Of a stretch of 64,000 nucleotides of DNA, positions 9,688-19,060 are shown one piece after another. The translations under genes and the position numbers were made by a program. This DNA comes from Candidatus Magasanikbacteria bacterium CG10_big_fil_rev_8_21_14_0_10_36_32 (lineage in GTDB: Bacteria; Patescibacteriota; Patescibacteriia; Magasanikbacterales; GWA2-37-8): positions 2,312 to 66,311 of the forward strand of contig PFBV01000002.1 of the NCBI GenBank assembly GCA_002778465.1, read 5' to 3'. Each line of letters starts with the position of its first letter. Positions within the stretch are counted from its first letter, which is position 1. The notes under the pieces were generated by a model that was not told where the DNA came from, ran no database searches, and was given only the letters and a program-made list of their open reading frames with translations.

Positions 9688-12411
9688 ATGATGGTTATAG
9701 ATGAAAAACAAAAATTAAAATTAATTAAATTTTATCAATCTATATCTCATTGGTTGGGGATTGTTGTTTTAACGATTGGCGGGGTGGTGTTGGTGGGCTG
9801 GATTTTTGACATTCAAATATTAAAAAGCGTTTTACCTGGTTTGGTTGCAATGAAGGCCAATACCGCCGTTTGTTTTGTTTTATCAGGTTTTACTTTAATT
9901 TTATTACAGGAAAAACGTATTGGAACGGTTCAACGAATAATAGGGGGAATATTTTCATTTTTGGTTTTATTGTTAGGTGTTTTAACTTTGACTGAATATA
10001 TTTTTGGATTTAATTTTTACATTGATCAGTTGTTATTTAAGGAATTACCTGATGCTGTTTTAACTTTTTCACCGGGGCGAATGGCTGCCAATACCGCATT
10101 TAATTTTTTTCTTATTGGTGTTGCTTTGTTGACAGTCAGTTTAAGCAGGAAGTCAAAAATAATATTTGCAAATATTTTAGTTGTAATAGTCGGAATAGTT
10201 TCTTTATTGGCTTTAATCGGCTATATTTTTGGCGTATCGGTATTTTATCAAGGCATAGCATTGTATACGGCCATGGCTTTGCATACCGCGATTGCTTTTT
10301 TATTTATCGCAATCAGTATTTTTTTTATCAGGTTTGACCATGATTCAGTTCCTGTTTTAGGAGCCGGTGGAACCGGAGGCGCGGTTGTTAGACGTTTATT
10401 GCCGGTGATTGTAATAGTGCCAATAGTGTTAGGTTTATTGTTTCGTTTAGGCGAACAAAGAGGCTATTATAATAATGATTTTGAACTTTCTTTTCTCACC
10501 ACCTTTATTATTGTTATTTTGATGATATTTTTTTGGTTTAACGCTAAAAATATTAATAAAAATGAAATTTTGCAAGCCGAGAGTATTTTAAAATTAGAAG
10601 AATCAGAAAAAAAATATCGGGAAATTTTTAATAACATTCAGGATATCTTTTTTGAAGTTAATATGAATGGAATTGTTGTTGATATATCCCCTTCAATTGA
10701 ACAAATTACTAAATACAAAAGAGATGATCTGATTGGCCGAGACATAGGTCAATTATATGCTAAAAAAGAAGAAAGAAATGATATTTTAAAAACACTGGCT
10801 AAAATCGGAAAAGTTTATGATGTGGAAGCTGATTTTATTGATAAAGATGGTGCCAAATTAACCGGTTCAATGGTAGCCAGATTGATTAAAAACGAAAAAG
10901 GTGTTCCTTTGAGAATTGTCGGTACCATTCGCGATGTTACTGCCCGCCGGAGAGCCGAGGATGAATTGAAATTTAAGAATATTATTTTAGATACACAGCA
11001 AAATACTTCTTTAGATGGAATTTTGATAGTTGACGAAGAAGGAAAAATAATTTCTTTTAATCGACGTTTCGTGAAAATGTGGAATATAACGGATCAAGTG
11101 TTGGAATCAAAGTCAGATGAGCTCGCTTTACAATCGGTGCTTGACAAATTGGTAAATCCTGAAGAATTTTTGTCGCGGGTTAAATTTTTATATGAACATA
11201 AAAATGAAAAAAGTCGTGAAGAAATCTCATTAAAGGATGGAAGAATTTTTGACCGTTATTCTTCGCCAATGTTGTCTTTGGAAAAAGAGTATCTTGGCAG
11301 AGTTTGGTATTTTAGTGATGTGACGGAAAATCGCCAAGCCTCCAGTATATTAAAAAAATCAGAAGAAAAATATGCCGCTTTGGTGGAAAATAGCAATGAT
11401 GGCGTTTTAATTTTACAGGATGAGGTGATTAAATTTGCTAACCGAGCTATGTTGAATATGTTTGGTCTTACAGAAGAAAGGGTTATCGGTCGTTCTTTTT
11501 TAGACTTTACCGATGAACCGTCAAAAAAAATTGCTGCTGATAAATATAAAAAACGAATGAAAGGTGAAAAAATTGCTTCGCGGACGGAATTAAATTTAAT
11601 TCATAGCAGTGGACGGACATTTTCCGCGGAAATCAATGCGGCATTGATTTATCATGAAGGCCGGCCGGCCGATATGGCAACCGTGCGCGATATCAGCAAG
11701 GCAAAAGAAATAGACCGTATGAAATCAGAATTTGTGGCTGTTACTTCGCACCAATTAAGGACTCCTTTGACCGGCATAAAATGGTTTACCGAGTTGTTGA
11801 TAAAAGATAAAAAGCATAAATTATCAAAAGAACAAAAAGATTTTATTCAGCAAATTTCCGTCAGCAATGAGCGGTTAATAAGATTAGTTGATGATTTGTT
11901 AGATGTTTCACATATAGAAACCGGTCGTAAATATAATGTTGTTTTAAAGTCTGAAAGTTTACATGATGTGATTCAAGAGGTGGTGGATAGTCAAAATCTT
12001 TCGGCCAAGAAAAAAGATGTTAAAATAATTTGTCCGCGTTGCCGTGAAAAATTGATTATGCCGATTGATCGGGAAAAAATCCGACAGGTATTTTCCAATT
12101 TAGTCAGTAATGCTATTAAGTATTCTCCGGCTAAAAGCGTTATAGAAATAGGTAGAGAAAAAAAACACGAAGAGATTATTATTTTTATTAAAGATCACGG
12201 AGTGGGAATACCCAAACATCAACAGAAACGAGTTTTTGAAAAATTTTTCCGGGCGGACAATGTATCCACTACTGAAACAGGCACAGGGCTTGGTTTGTAT
12301 ATTGCTAAAGCAATTGTAGAAGGACATGGTGGGCGAATTTGGTTTGAATCAATAGAAAAAAAGGGTACGACTTTTTATGTCGCTTTGCCTATAAAAAATA
12401 AATTAATTTAA
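9688..12411 (+). CDS. sensor histidine kinase with multi-TM N-terminus, PAS domains, HisKA and HATPase_c
   Basis: About 8 N-terminal TM helices and PAS-like repeats. H-box SHQLRTPLTGI. N/G1/G2 boxes (NLVSNAIKYS, DHGVGIP, GTGLGLYIAKAIVEGHGGRIW). Confidence 0.8.
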   Translation: MMVIDEKQKLKLIKFYQSISHWLGIVVLTIGGVVLVGWIFDIQILKSVLPGLVAMKANTAVCFVLSGFTLILLQEKRIGTVQRIIGGIFSFLVLLLGVLTLTEYIFGFNFYIDQLLFKELPDAVLTFSPGRMAANTAFNFFLIGVALLTVSLSRKSKIIFANILVVIVGIVSLLALIGYIFGVSVFYQGIALYTAMALHTAIAFLFIAISIFFIRFDHDSVPVLGAGGTGGAVVRRLLPVIVIVPIVLGLLFRLGEQRGYYNNDFELSFLTTFIIVILMIFFWFNAKNINKNEILQAESILKLEESEKKYREIFNNIQDIFFEVNMNGIVVDISPSIEQITKYKRDDLIGRDIGQLYAKKEERNDILKTLAKIGKVYDVEADFIDKDGAKLTGSMVARLIKNEKGVPLRIVGTIRDVTARRRAEDELKFKNIILDTQQNTSLDGILIVDEEGKIISFNRRFVKMWNITDQVLESKSDELALQSVLDKLVNPEEFLSRVKFLYEHKNEKSREEISLKDGRIFDRYSSPMLSLEKEYLGRVWYFSDVTENRQASSILKKSEEKYAALVENSNDGVLILQDEVIKFANRAMLNMFGLTEERVIGRSFLDFTDEPSKKIAADKYKKRMKGEKIASRTELNLIHSSGRTFSAEINAALIYHEGRPADMATVRDISKAKEIDRMKSEFVAVTSHQLRTPLTGIKWFTELLIKDKKHKLSKEQKDFIQQISVSNERLIRLVDDLLDVSHIETGRKYNVVLKSESLHDVIQEVVDSQNLSAKKKDVKIICPRCREKLIMPIDREKIRQVFSNLVSNAIKYSPAKSVIEIGREKKHEEIIIFIKDHGVGIPKHQQKRVFEKFFRADNVSTTETGTGLGLYIAKAIVEGHGGRIWFESIEKKGTTFYVALPIKNKLI

Positions 12412-12416
12412 ATTAT

Positions 12417-12794
12417 ATGCACAAAATTCTTATCGTGGAGGATGATAATATTTTGGCTCAAGCCATTTATACGGCTGTTAGGCGAGCCGGTTTTTCCGCT
12501 GAAGTGGCGGTTGATGGCGAGGATGCTTTAAAAAAAATGAAAAAAATAAAACCGGACGTGGTACTGCTTGATTTAATTTTACCAAAACGTTCCGGTGAGG
12601 ATGTTTTGGGAGCAATGAAACAGGATGAAACATTAAAAGAAGTACCTGTTTTGGTAATTACCGTCAAAGGCGACAAAGAAACTATCAGCCAGTGTGTAAA
12701 AATGGGTATTCGTGGATATTTAATCAAAGCGCATTATACTTTACAAGAAATAATCAATCAAATTAAAAAAGTGATTGCGGAAACAAAAAAATAA
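12417..12794 (+). CDS. single-domain response regulator, receiver (REC) only
   Basis: ILIVEDD...VVLLDLILPKRSGEDV...GYLIKA. No output domain. Immediately downstream of the kinase gene. Confidence 0.7.
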   Translation: MHKILIVEDDNILAQAIYTAVRRAGFSAEVAVDGEDALKKMKKIKPDVVLLDLILPKRSGEDVLGAMKQDETLKEVPVLVITVKGDKETISQCVKMGIRGYLIKAHYTLQEIINQIKKVIAETKK

Positions 12795-12796
12795 TT

Positions 12797-14278
12797 ATGA
12801 AGCCGGTGAAATTTTTTGAAAAAGTCGCCGGTTCCAAAAGCAAAACGTTTATTTCGTTTTGCTTTTGTTTTATTATGGGGGTTGGTTTTTTTTCTTTTAT
12901 TGAAATATCAGGAACAAAACTTTATTACTTATTAATTTGCGGTTTTGTAATTTTATTTGGTTTGATATTTTGGTGGAAAAATAAAGTGGCGCGGTTGATT
13001 TTATTGTGTTTATTGTTTGTAGTGTTGGGCAGTATGCGTTTTGTTGGTGAAATGATGTCGTCTCAGGCGGTAACAAATAATGATGGTCGGTTATTTTATG
13101 GAATTGTGGACGAAGAACCCAATTTTAAAATTGATAATGCTGAATATATTGTATCAACGGAATTTAATGAAAAAGTCTTAATCCGCCTTCCTCTTTATCC
13201 GCAATATAATTATGGCGATCGTTTAATGATTGATTGTCTTCCGGCACTTCCACAAAATTATCCTTCCGGCATATTTGATTATCGTCGTTATTTATCCAAT
13301 CAAGGAATTTTTTCGGTTTGTTTTAATCCTCCAGTCACAAAAATCGGAATTGATGAAGGTAATTTATTAAAATCAATTTTATTAAAAACCAAGAATATGG
13401 TCAGCGAACAGATAAACAGATTATTTGTTGAACCAGAAAGCAGTTTGTTGGCAGGTTTATTATATGGAGGACGCAGCGGTTTGCCTAAAGAATTGTCTGA
13501 TAGTTTTCGTCGGACAGGTTTGAGTCATATTGTGGCGGTATCAGGTTATAATATTTCCATTATTTCCGTGATATTTTTAAATATTTTAATTGTTCTTGGT
13601 TTTTCTCGTCCAAAAGCTTTTTGGTTGGCGATAATTGGTTTAGTTTCTTTTGTAATATTTACCGGCGCTTCCGCTTCAGTTGTCCGTGCCGGTATTATGG
13701 GATCATTGGTGTTGATTGCCGAAAAAGTTGGTCGGTTATCGGATGCCGGACGGTTGTTGTTTTTAGCCGGCGCTTTAATATTGCTGGTTAATCCGCGTTT
13801 ATTAGTTTGGGACGCAGGTTTTCAGTTGTCTTTTTTGGCTACTTTGGGTTTAATTTATTTAACGCCACATTTATGGTTTTCCAAAAGAAAAATTCCGGAA
13901 TTATTTTTTAACATAGTCAACCCGACTGTGGCGGCGATTATCGCTACCGCGCCGTTGATTATGTTTCAATTTGGACAGTTATCTTTGTCCGCTTTACCGG
14001 CTAATGTTTTAGTAATTTGGATGATACCATGGCTAATGTTGTTTGGATTTTTATCATTGTCTTTGGGGTGGATTTTTTATCCCTTGGGACAAATAATCGC
14101 GTGGTTGACAGGTTTTGGTTTAAAATATGTTATAATGGTGACAAGTTGGTTTTCTGCCCGAACCTGGGCGGCGGTTGAAATGAATATTTCTTGGTGGATG
14201 ATGTTAATAATGTATTTGTTAATTGTTTTATTTTTTTATGCCAAAAGTAAAAATTTTATCATCGGTCGCCGGATATGA
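12797..14278 (+). CDS. comEC: ComEC/Rec2-family competence membrane protein (DUF4131 plus competence domain; no MBL domain in this ORF)
   Basis: Polytopic. The motif ...GLLYGGRSGLPKELSDSFRRTGLSHIVAVSGYNISII... is typical of the ComEC competence domain. Confidence 0.7.
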   Translation: MKPVKFFEKVAGSKSKTFISFCFCFIMGVGFFSFIEISGTKLYYLLICGFVILFGLIFWWKNKVARLILLCLLFVVLGSMRFVGEMMSSQAVTNNDGRLFYGIVDEEPNFKIDNAEYIVSTEFNEKVLIRLPLYPQYNYGDRLMIDCLPALPQNYPSGIFDYRRYLSNQGIFSVCFNPPVTKIGIDEGNLLKSILLKTKNMVSEQINRLFVEPESSLLAGLLYGGRSGLPKELSDSFRRTGLSHIVAVSGYNISIISVIFLNILIVLGFSRPKAFWLAIIGLVSFVIFTGASASVVRAGIMGSLVLIAEKVGRLSDAGRLLFLAGALILLVNPRLLVWDAGFQLSFLATLGLIYLTPHLWFSKRKIPELFFNIVNPTVAAIIATAPLIMFQFGQLSLSALPANVLVIWMIPWLMLFGFLSLSLGWIFYPLGQIIAWLTGFGLKYVIMVTSWFSARTWAAVEMNISWWMMLIMYLLIVLFFYAKSKNFIIGRRI

Positions 14279-14843
14279 TTTGTCTGCCGCCGATTATGAT
14301 AAAAAAGAAAAATATTTAAACAGTTTTGAAAAAAATAAAATTTGGCTATTGTTGGGATATTTATCTGGAAAAAAAATTTTAGATGCCGGAACAGGAACTG
14401 GACGTTTAGCTGTTGAAATGTCAAAAAATGGCGCGGAAGTAACCGCTCTTGATGTGTCGTCAGAAATGTTAAAACAGTTGTCGCGTAAAAGTAATAAAAT
14501 AAAAACCATGATTGGCGATGCTGAATGTTTGCCTTTTGACAAAGAGATTTTTGATTTGGTGACAGCCGCTTTTTTAATCGTTCATTTTAAGGATCCTTCT
14601 CGTTTTTTTGACGAAGCTTATCGTGTATTGAAAGATGGTGGAAGATTATTGGTGACAAATATTAATCAAAAAGAACCGCCAGAAATAAAAACTAAGCAAG
14701 GAGTTATAAAAATTGAATCGTTTTATCATCGCCCGGAAAAAATCAGGGAGATTTTACAGTCATTGGCTTTTACCATTGAAAAAGAAATTATTGTTAAAGA
14801 AGGGGAGAATTGGATAAATCAGATAATAGTAGCTAAAAAATAA
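14238..14843 (+). CDS. class I SAM-dependent methyltransferase (start uncertain; ATG 14238, or TTG 14280 just after the comEC stop)
   Basis: ILDAGTGTGRLAVEM (motif I), VTALDVS (motif II) and DLV (motif III) fit a UbiE/Methyltransf_11-like fold. The 5' end overlaps the comEC 3' end. Confidence 0.6.
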   Translation: MPKVKILSSVAGYDLSAADYDKKEKYLNSFEKNKIWLLLGYLSGKKILDAGTGTGRLAVEMSKNGAEVTALDVSSEMLKQLSRKSNKIKTMIGDAECLPFDKEIFDLVTAAFLIVHFKDPSRFFDEAYRVLKDGGRLLVTNINQKEPPEIKTKQGVIKIESFYHRPEKIREILQSLAFTIEKEIIVKEGENWINQIIVAKK

Positions 14844-14847
14844 TTCA

Positions 14848-15122
14848 CCCCGTTAGAGATATTTATGGTTTATATTTATTTAATGCAGAGCAAGAAAGAT
14901 AATCTTTGGTATACAGGTGCTACTAGAGATTTAAAAAAACGTTTTAAAGAGCATAATGATGGGAAAGTAAAAGCAACAAGGGATAGAAGACCTTTTGTGT
15001 TAATATATTATGAAGCTTGTTTGAATGAACACGATGCTTTTACTCGTGAAAAATATTTAAAGTCAGGAATGGGAAAACGTTATCTTAAAAATCGTTTAAA
15101 ACGTTTTTTATCTCTAACGGGG
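14848..15122. mobile_element. GIY-YIG cassette bracketed by perfect 14-bp terminal inverted repeats (CCCCGTTAGAGATA ... TATCTCTAACGGGG)
   Basis: The left repeat at 14848-14861 lies 3 nt upstream of the ATG. The right repeat at 15109-15122 lies inside the last codons, immediately before the TAA. The 10-nt core CCCCGTTAGA recurs as an inverted pair at 53097/53199. Confidence 0.5.
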
Positions 15123-15125
15123 TAA
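14865..15125 (+). CDS. small GIY-YIG nuclease-family protein (YhbQ/UPF0213-like)
   Basis: 86 aa. IYL...(11 aa)...WYTG...R..KEHN matches the GIY-YIG core (Tyr pair, Arg, Glu, Asn). Paralogous to the ORF at 47285-47527. Confidence 0.7.
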   Translation: MVYIYLMQSKKDNLWYTGATRDLKKRFKEHNDGKVKATRDRRPFVLIYYEACLNEHDAFTREKYLKSGMGKRYLKNRLKRFLSLTG

Positions 15126-15128
15126 ATT

Positions 15129-15986
15129 ATGAAAAAGTTGTTTATAGTTATAGTAGTTGTCCTGCTGTTAAGCGTGGGCTTATTTTATTATATTCATTTT
15201 TCCGCCAATGAAAAAAAATTTGATATTATTTTTTTTGATGTTGGGCAAGGCGATGCAACGCTGGTGCGTTTTGAAGATGGAAGTAAAATGTTGGTAGATT
15301 GCGGACCGGACAGGACTATTTTGAAAAAACTCGGACAATATCTTCCTTTTTATGACCGGACGATTGATTATTTGCTTATTACTCATCCGGACAATGATCA
15401 TTATGGCGGTTGTGTTGACGTATTGCGTCGTTATCAAGTGAAAAATATAATTACAAATAGTGATCGTAAACCGGACGATACTTTTTGGCAAACTTGGCGT
15501 TTTTATGAAGAAAATGAAGATGCAAAAATTTTTATCATTGATGAACCGCAAATTTTTGAAATTGGGAACAATAAAATTGAATTTATTTATCCGGATACAT
15601 CTTTAATTTTATCTTCAGCCGGCGATACCAGCAATAATCAATCGTTGGTTTTTCGTTTAGTTGATAAAAGTGTAAAAGTTTTATTTACCGGAGATATTGA
15701 AGAATCATTGGAAAATGCTTTGATAAAAAAATATTGTTCAATTACAAACTGCCCTTTTTTATCAGCTGATATTTTGAAGGTCGCCCATCATGGCAGTGAC
15801 ACGTCAAGCAGTGAAGAATTTTTGAATGCGTCTAATCCGAAAGCGGCAGTGATTTCCGTCGGTCAGAATCGTTTTGGACATCCGTCTTTGCGAGTTTTGA
15901 AAAAGATGGAACGTTTACCGGTAATTGTTTTGCGCACTGATGAGTATGGCGATATTACATTTGACAAAATTTTAAAAACATGGTAA
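15129..15986 (+). CDS. membrane-anchored metallo-beta-lactamase-fold protein, ComEC C-terminal-domain type
   Basis: N-terminal TM helix. HPDNDHYGG (HxHxDH-like), VAHHGSD and later His residues are consistent with the ComEC/Rec2 MBL nuclease domain. Confidence 0.7.
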   Translation: MKKLFIVIVVVLLLSVGLFYYIHFSANEKKFDIIFFDVGQGDATLVRFEDGSKMLVDCGPDRTILKKLGQYLPFYDRTIDYLLITHPDNDHYGGCVDVLRRYQVKNIITNSDRKPDDTFWQTWRFYEENEDAKIFIIDEPQIFEIGNNKIEFIYPDTSLILSSAGDTSNNQSLVFRLVDKSVKVLFTGDIEESLENALIKKYCSITNCPFLSADILKVAHHGSDTSSSEEFLNASNPKAAVISVGQNRFGHPSLRVLKKMERLPVIVLRTDEYGDITFDKILKTW

Positions 15987-15997
15987 TATATTACTAG

Positions 15998-16029
15998 AAA
16001 CGCTTCCATAATGAAGCGTTTTAATTTTT
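15998..16029 (+). terminator. rho-independent terminator
   Basis: AAACGCTTC-CATAAT-GAAGCGTTT hairpin followed by a T-run. Confidence 0.6.
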
Positions 16030-16055
16030 GACTTAATTTAATTTATTTTTTATAT

Positions 16056-17309
16056 ATGTCATCAGAAATATCAAAAGCCATTCAGGCATTATGTGCTGAA
16101 AAAAATCTCTCGTTAGAGGTGGTTATGGAAACCATTGAAACAGCTTTGTCAGCTGCTTATCGTAAGGATTTTGGCAATAAACAGCAAAACATCAAGGTTA
16201 AGTTTGATCCCGAAACAGCTGGAATAAAAGTGTGGGATGTTAAAACGGTTGTTGAAGATATTGAGGAAGAGACTTTGGAAGCAGCTCAAGAGGAATTAAC
16301 CGTTCGCCGTGAAAAAGCTCGAGCTGAAGGCCGTGAATTAACAGAAGAAGAAACTGAGGACTTGCCGCGTTTTAATCCAAAAACTGAAATAATGCAAACC
16401 CCAGCTAAAGAATTTAAGAAAAAAGCGAAAATTGGCGATGTTTTGGAAATTTCCTTGGAAGTACCCGGTGAATTTGGTAGAATGGCCGCTCAAACAGCCA
16501 AACAAGTTATTATTCAAAAAATTCGCGAGGCGGAACGAAATATGGTATTTGATGATTACAAAGATTATGAAGGTAAAATTATTGTTGGTACCATTCAAAG
16601 AGTTGAGGGTCGTAAAGTTTTGGTGGATTTAGGTCGTGGCACCGGTCTTTTACCGTCTGATCAACAGGTGAGTCGTGATCATTATCGCCCCGGCAGTCGA
16701 ATGAAATTTTATGTTGCTTCAGTTACTATGTCTATTCGCGGTCCGGAAATTATTTTATCTCGTAGTGATATAGGCATGGTACGTGAAATTTTTAAACAAG
16801 AAATTCCGGAAATCAGCGACGGTGCTATTTTGATTAAAGGTGTGGCTCGAGATGCTGGCGCCCGTTCCAAAATTTCTGTTTATACAGAAGACAGTTCGGT
16901 TGATCCAATAGGTTCATGTATTGGACAAAGAGGTGGACGTATTAATACTATTATTGAAGAATTAAACGGAGAAAAAATTGATGTGATTAGATACAGTGAG
17001 GATCCTGCAGAGTATATAGCTCACGCCTTGTCTCCGGCAAAAATTTCTCGTGTGGAAATTATCAGCCAAGAAGAACAAAACGCAGAAGTTTATGTTCCGG
17101 CCGATCAGTTTTCTTTAGCTATTGGACGAGGCGGTCAAAATGTTCGTTTAGCTTCCCAATTAACTGATTGGAAAATAAAAGTTATTGAAGAAGGCGGGTC
17201 AAAAGAAATATCAAGTGAAGATGTGAGCGAAGAAAATCCTGGTGAAGAAGAATTAGCCGTAGCTGATGAGGTGAAAGAAGAACCAAAAGAATCTGCTGAA
17301 ATAAAATAA
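16056..17309 (+). CDS. nusA: transcription termination/antitermination factor NusA
   Basis: N-terminal domain, S1 and two KH regions (…GTIQRVEGRKVLVDLG…; …IGSCIGQRGGRINTI…; …SLAIGRGGQNVRLASQLTDWKIKV…). Acidic C-terminal tail. Confidence 0.85.
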   Translation: MSSEISKAIQALCAEKNLSLEVVMETIETALSAAYRKDFGNKQQNIKVKFDPETAGIKVWDVKTVVEDIEEETLEAAQEELTVRREKARAEGRELTEEETEDLPRFNPKTEIMQTPAKEFKKKAKIGDVLEISLEVPGEFGRMAAQTAKQVIIQKIREAERNMVFDDYKDYEGKIIVGTIQRVEGRKVLVDLGRGTGLLPSDQQVSRDHYRPGSRMKFYVASVTMSIRGPEIILSRSDIGMVREIFKQEIPEISDGAILIKGVARDAGARSKISVYTEDSSVDPIGSCIGQRGGRINTIIEELNGEKIDVIRYSEDPAEYIAHALSPAKISRVEIISQEEQNAEVYVPADQFSLAIGRGGQNVRLASQLTDWKIKVIEEGGSKEISSEDVSEENPGEEELAVADEVKEEPKESAEIK

Positions 17310-17336
17310 AAATAATATAAAATTAAAATTATTATT

Positions 17337-18110
17337 ATGTTTACTTCCGTTTTTCACACTATTTTATACCAACCGATATTTAATTTTTTTGTCGGTTTAT
17401 ATAATTTAATTCCGGGTCATGATGTTGGTTTGGTAATTTTAATAATTACCATTTTAATTAGAATATTGGTTTGGCCACTTACTTCATCCTCAATTAAAGC
17501 TCAGCGATCTGTTCAAGAATTGCAGCCCAAGGTTGATGCGGTCAAAAAAGAATTTGCCAACGATCAGCAAAAACAAGCGGCGGAATTAATGAAATTATAT
17601 AAAGAAAACAAAGTTAATCCGTTTTCATCTTGTTTGCCATTGTTAATTCAATTGCCAATTTTGATTGCTTTATATATGGTAATGCGGGATGGATTAATGG
17701 CTGATAAATTTGCCGTTGAACTTTATTCTTTTGTTGATAATCCGGGAAAGCTTAATCCTTTATCGTTAGGATTTTTAGATATGGCTAAACCAAATTATGT
17801 TTTGGCGATTTTAGCCGGTTTGGCTCAATTTTGGCAGGCTAAAACAATGATGTCTAAACAACCGCCGAAAGCAGCTGGTGCTGGCGCCAAAGACGAGGGA
17901 ATGATGGCTACAATGAATAAACAAATGCTTTATTTTATGCCGGTCATGACTGTAATTATTGGTTTTGGTTTGCCGGCCGGTTTGACGGTTTATTGGTTTT
18001 TTAGCACGCTTTTAACCGTTGCCCAACAATCAATATTATTAAAGAAAAAAAATAAAAAAAATCCTGTTGAAGAAAAAGTTATTGAAGGTAAAGTGGAAGA
18101 AATAAAATAA
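17337..18110 (+). CDS. yidC: membrane protein insertase YidC/Oxa1, short form
   Basis: 5-TM core. ...RILVWPLT... and KLYKENKVNPFSSCLPLLIQLPILIALY are typical of YidC/SpoIIIJ. Confidence 0.8.
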   Translation: MFTSVFHTILYQPIFNFFVGLYNLIPGHDVGLVILIITILIRILVWPLTSSSIKAQRSVQELQPKVDAVKKEFANDQQKQAAELMKLYKENKVNPFSSCLPLLIQLPILIALYMVMRDGLMADKFAVELYSFVDNPGKLNPLSLGFLDMAKPNYVLAILAGLAQFWQAKTMMSKQPPKAAGAGAKDEGMMATMNKQMLYFMPVMTVIIGFGLPAGLTVYWFFSTLLTVAQQSILLKKKNKKNPVEEKVIEGKVEEIK

Positions 18111-18136
18111 GCTCGTAAACCGATAAGATAAAAAGT

Positions 18137-19060
18137 ATGTCTCCATTGGAACAATCCATCGTGAGAACTTTGACTTATTTTGATTTAGTTGATTATCCTT
18201 TAACCAAAGAGGAATTATTTTCTTATCTTTGGCGTCCGCCATTCGGTCGTTATGATGATTTTTTAACCGCTTTAGAATCGGGCAGTCAAAAATGGGAAAA
18301 TAAGTGGGGTTATTATTTTTTGTCTGGACGGGAACATATTGTTGAAAATCGCCGAGTGCGATTATTGCCCAGCGAACAAAAGTTACGTTTAGCGCGTCGT
18401 GCGGCAAAAAAAATTCGTTCCGTTCCTTTTTTGCGGGCGATTTTTTTATGTAATTCAGTTGCTTCCGGAACAGCCGGCGAATCCAGTGATATAGATTTTT
18501 TTATTATTGCCGATCCAAAAAGAATTTGGTTGGTGCGTTTTTTTACCAATTTTATTTTAAAACTTTTTGGTTGGCGTACTTATGGACAAAAAATTCGCAA
18601 TAGAATCTGTTTGTCTTTTTATGTTGATGGAGGACATTTGGATATTTCCCCGTTGCGAGCGGTGCCGGAAGATATCCATTTTATTTATTGGTTGTATCAA
18701 ATGTTGCCGCTTTATGATCCGGACAATTATAATGATAAATTTTTAAAGGCTAATAAATGGGCGGGTGATTATTTGCCCAATCTCAAAAAAGAAAATTTGC
18801 CGATTAGCGATTCGGCATTTCAAAATTCTCGGCTTGGCTTAATTTGGAAAAAAATTTGGGAAAAAATGTGGAGTGTCGGTTACGGCGATTTGCTTGAAAG
18901 TCAAGCTAAGGGATTTCAGTTGGCCATGATGAAAAAGAATATTAAATCAATGGCGGATATGGGGGATAATAGTGTAGTTATTGGAGATTCCGTCATCAAA
19001 TTACACGAAAACGATACAAGAAAGGAATATTATGAAAAATGGAAAAGCAGAATAAATTAA
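18137..19060 (+). CDS. hypothetical protein with a minimal nucleotidyltransferase-like motif
   Basis: ...SGTAGESSDIDFFII... resembles the Pol-beta-type NTase G[SG]-x(n)-D.D signature. Otherwise unassigned. Confidence 0.4.
   Translation: MSPLEQSIVRTLTYFDLVDYPLTKEELFSYLWRPPFGRYDDFLTALESGSQKWENKWGYYFLSGREHIVENRRVRLLPSEQKLRLARRAAKKIRSVPFLRAIFLCNSVASGTAGESSDIDFFIIADPKRIWLVRFFTNFILKLFGWRTYGQKIRNRICLSFYVDGGHLDISPLRAVPEDIHFIYWLYQMLPLYDPDNYNDKFLKANKWAGDYLPNLKKENLPISDSAFQNSRLGLIWKKIWEKMWSVGYGDLLESQAKGFQLAMMKKNIKSMADMGDNSVVIGDSVIKLHENDTRKEYYEKWKSRIN

Noticed and set aside
12797-15986. comEC as a disrupted pseudogene
   Set aside because: Both parts are intact ORFs with their own start codons, and the second has its own membrane anchor. 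Standalone ComEC-type MBL proteins exist, so it is annotated as two genes and flagged only as a question.
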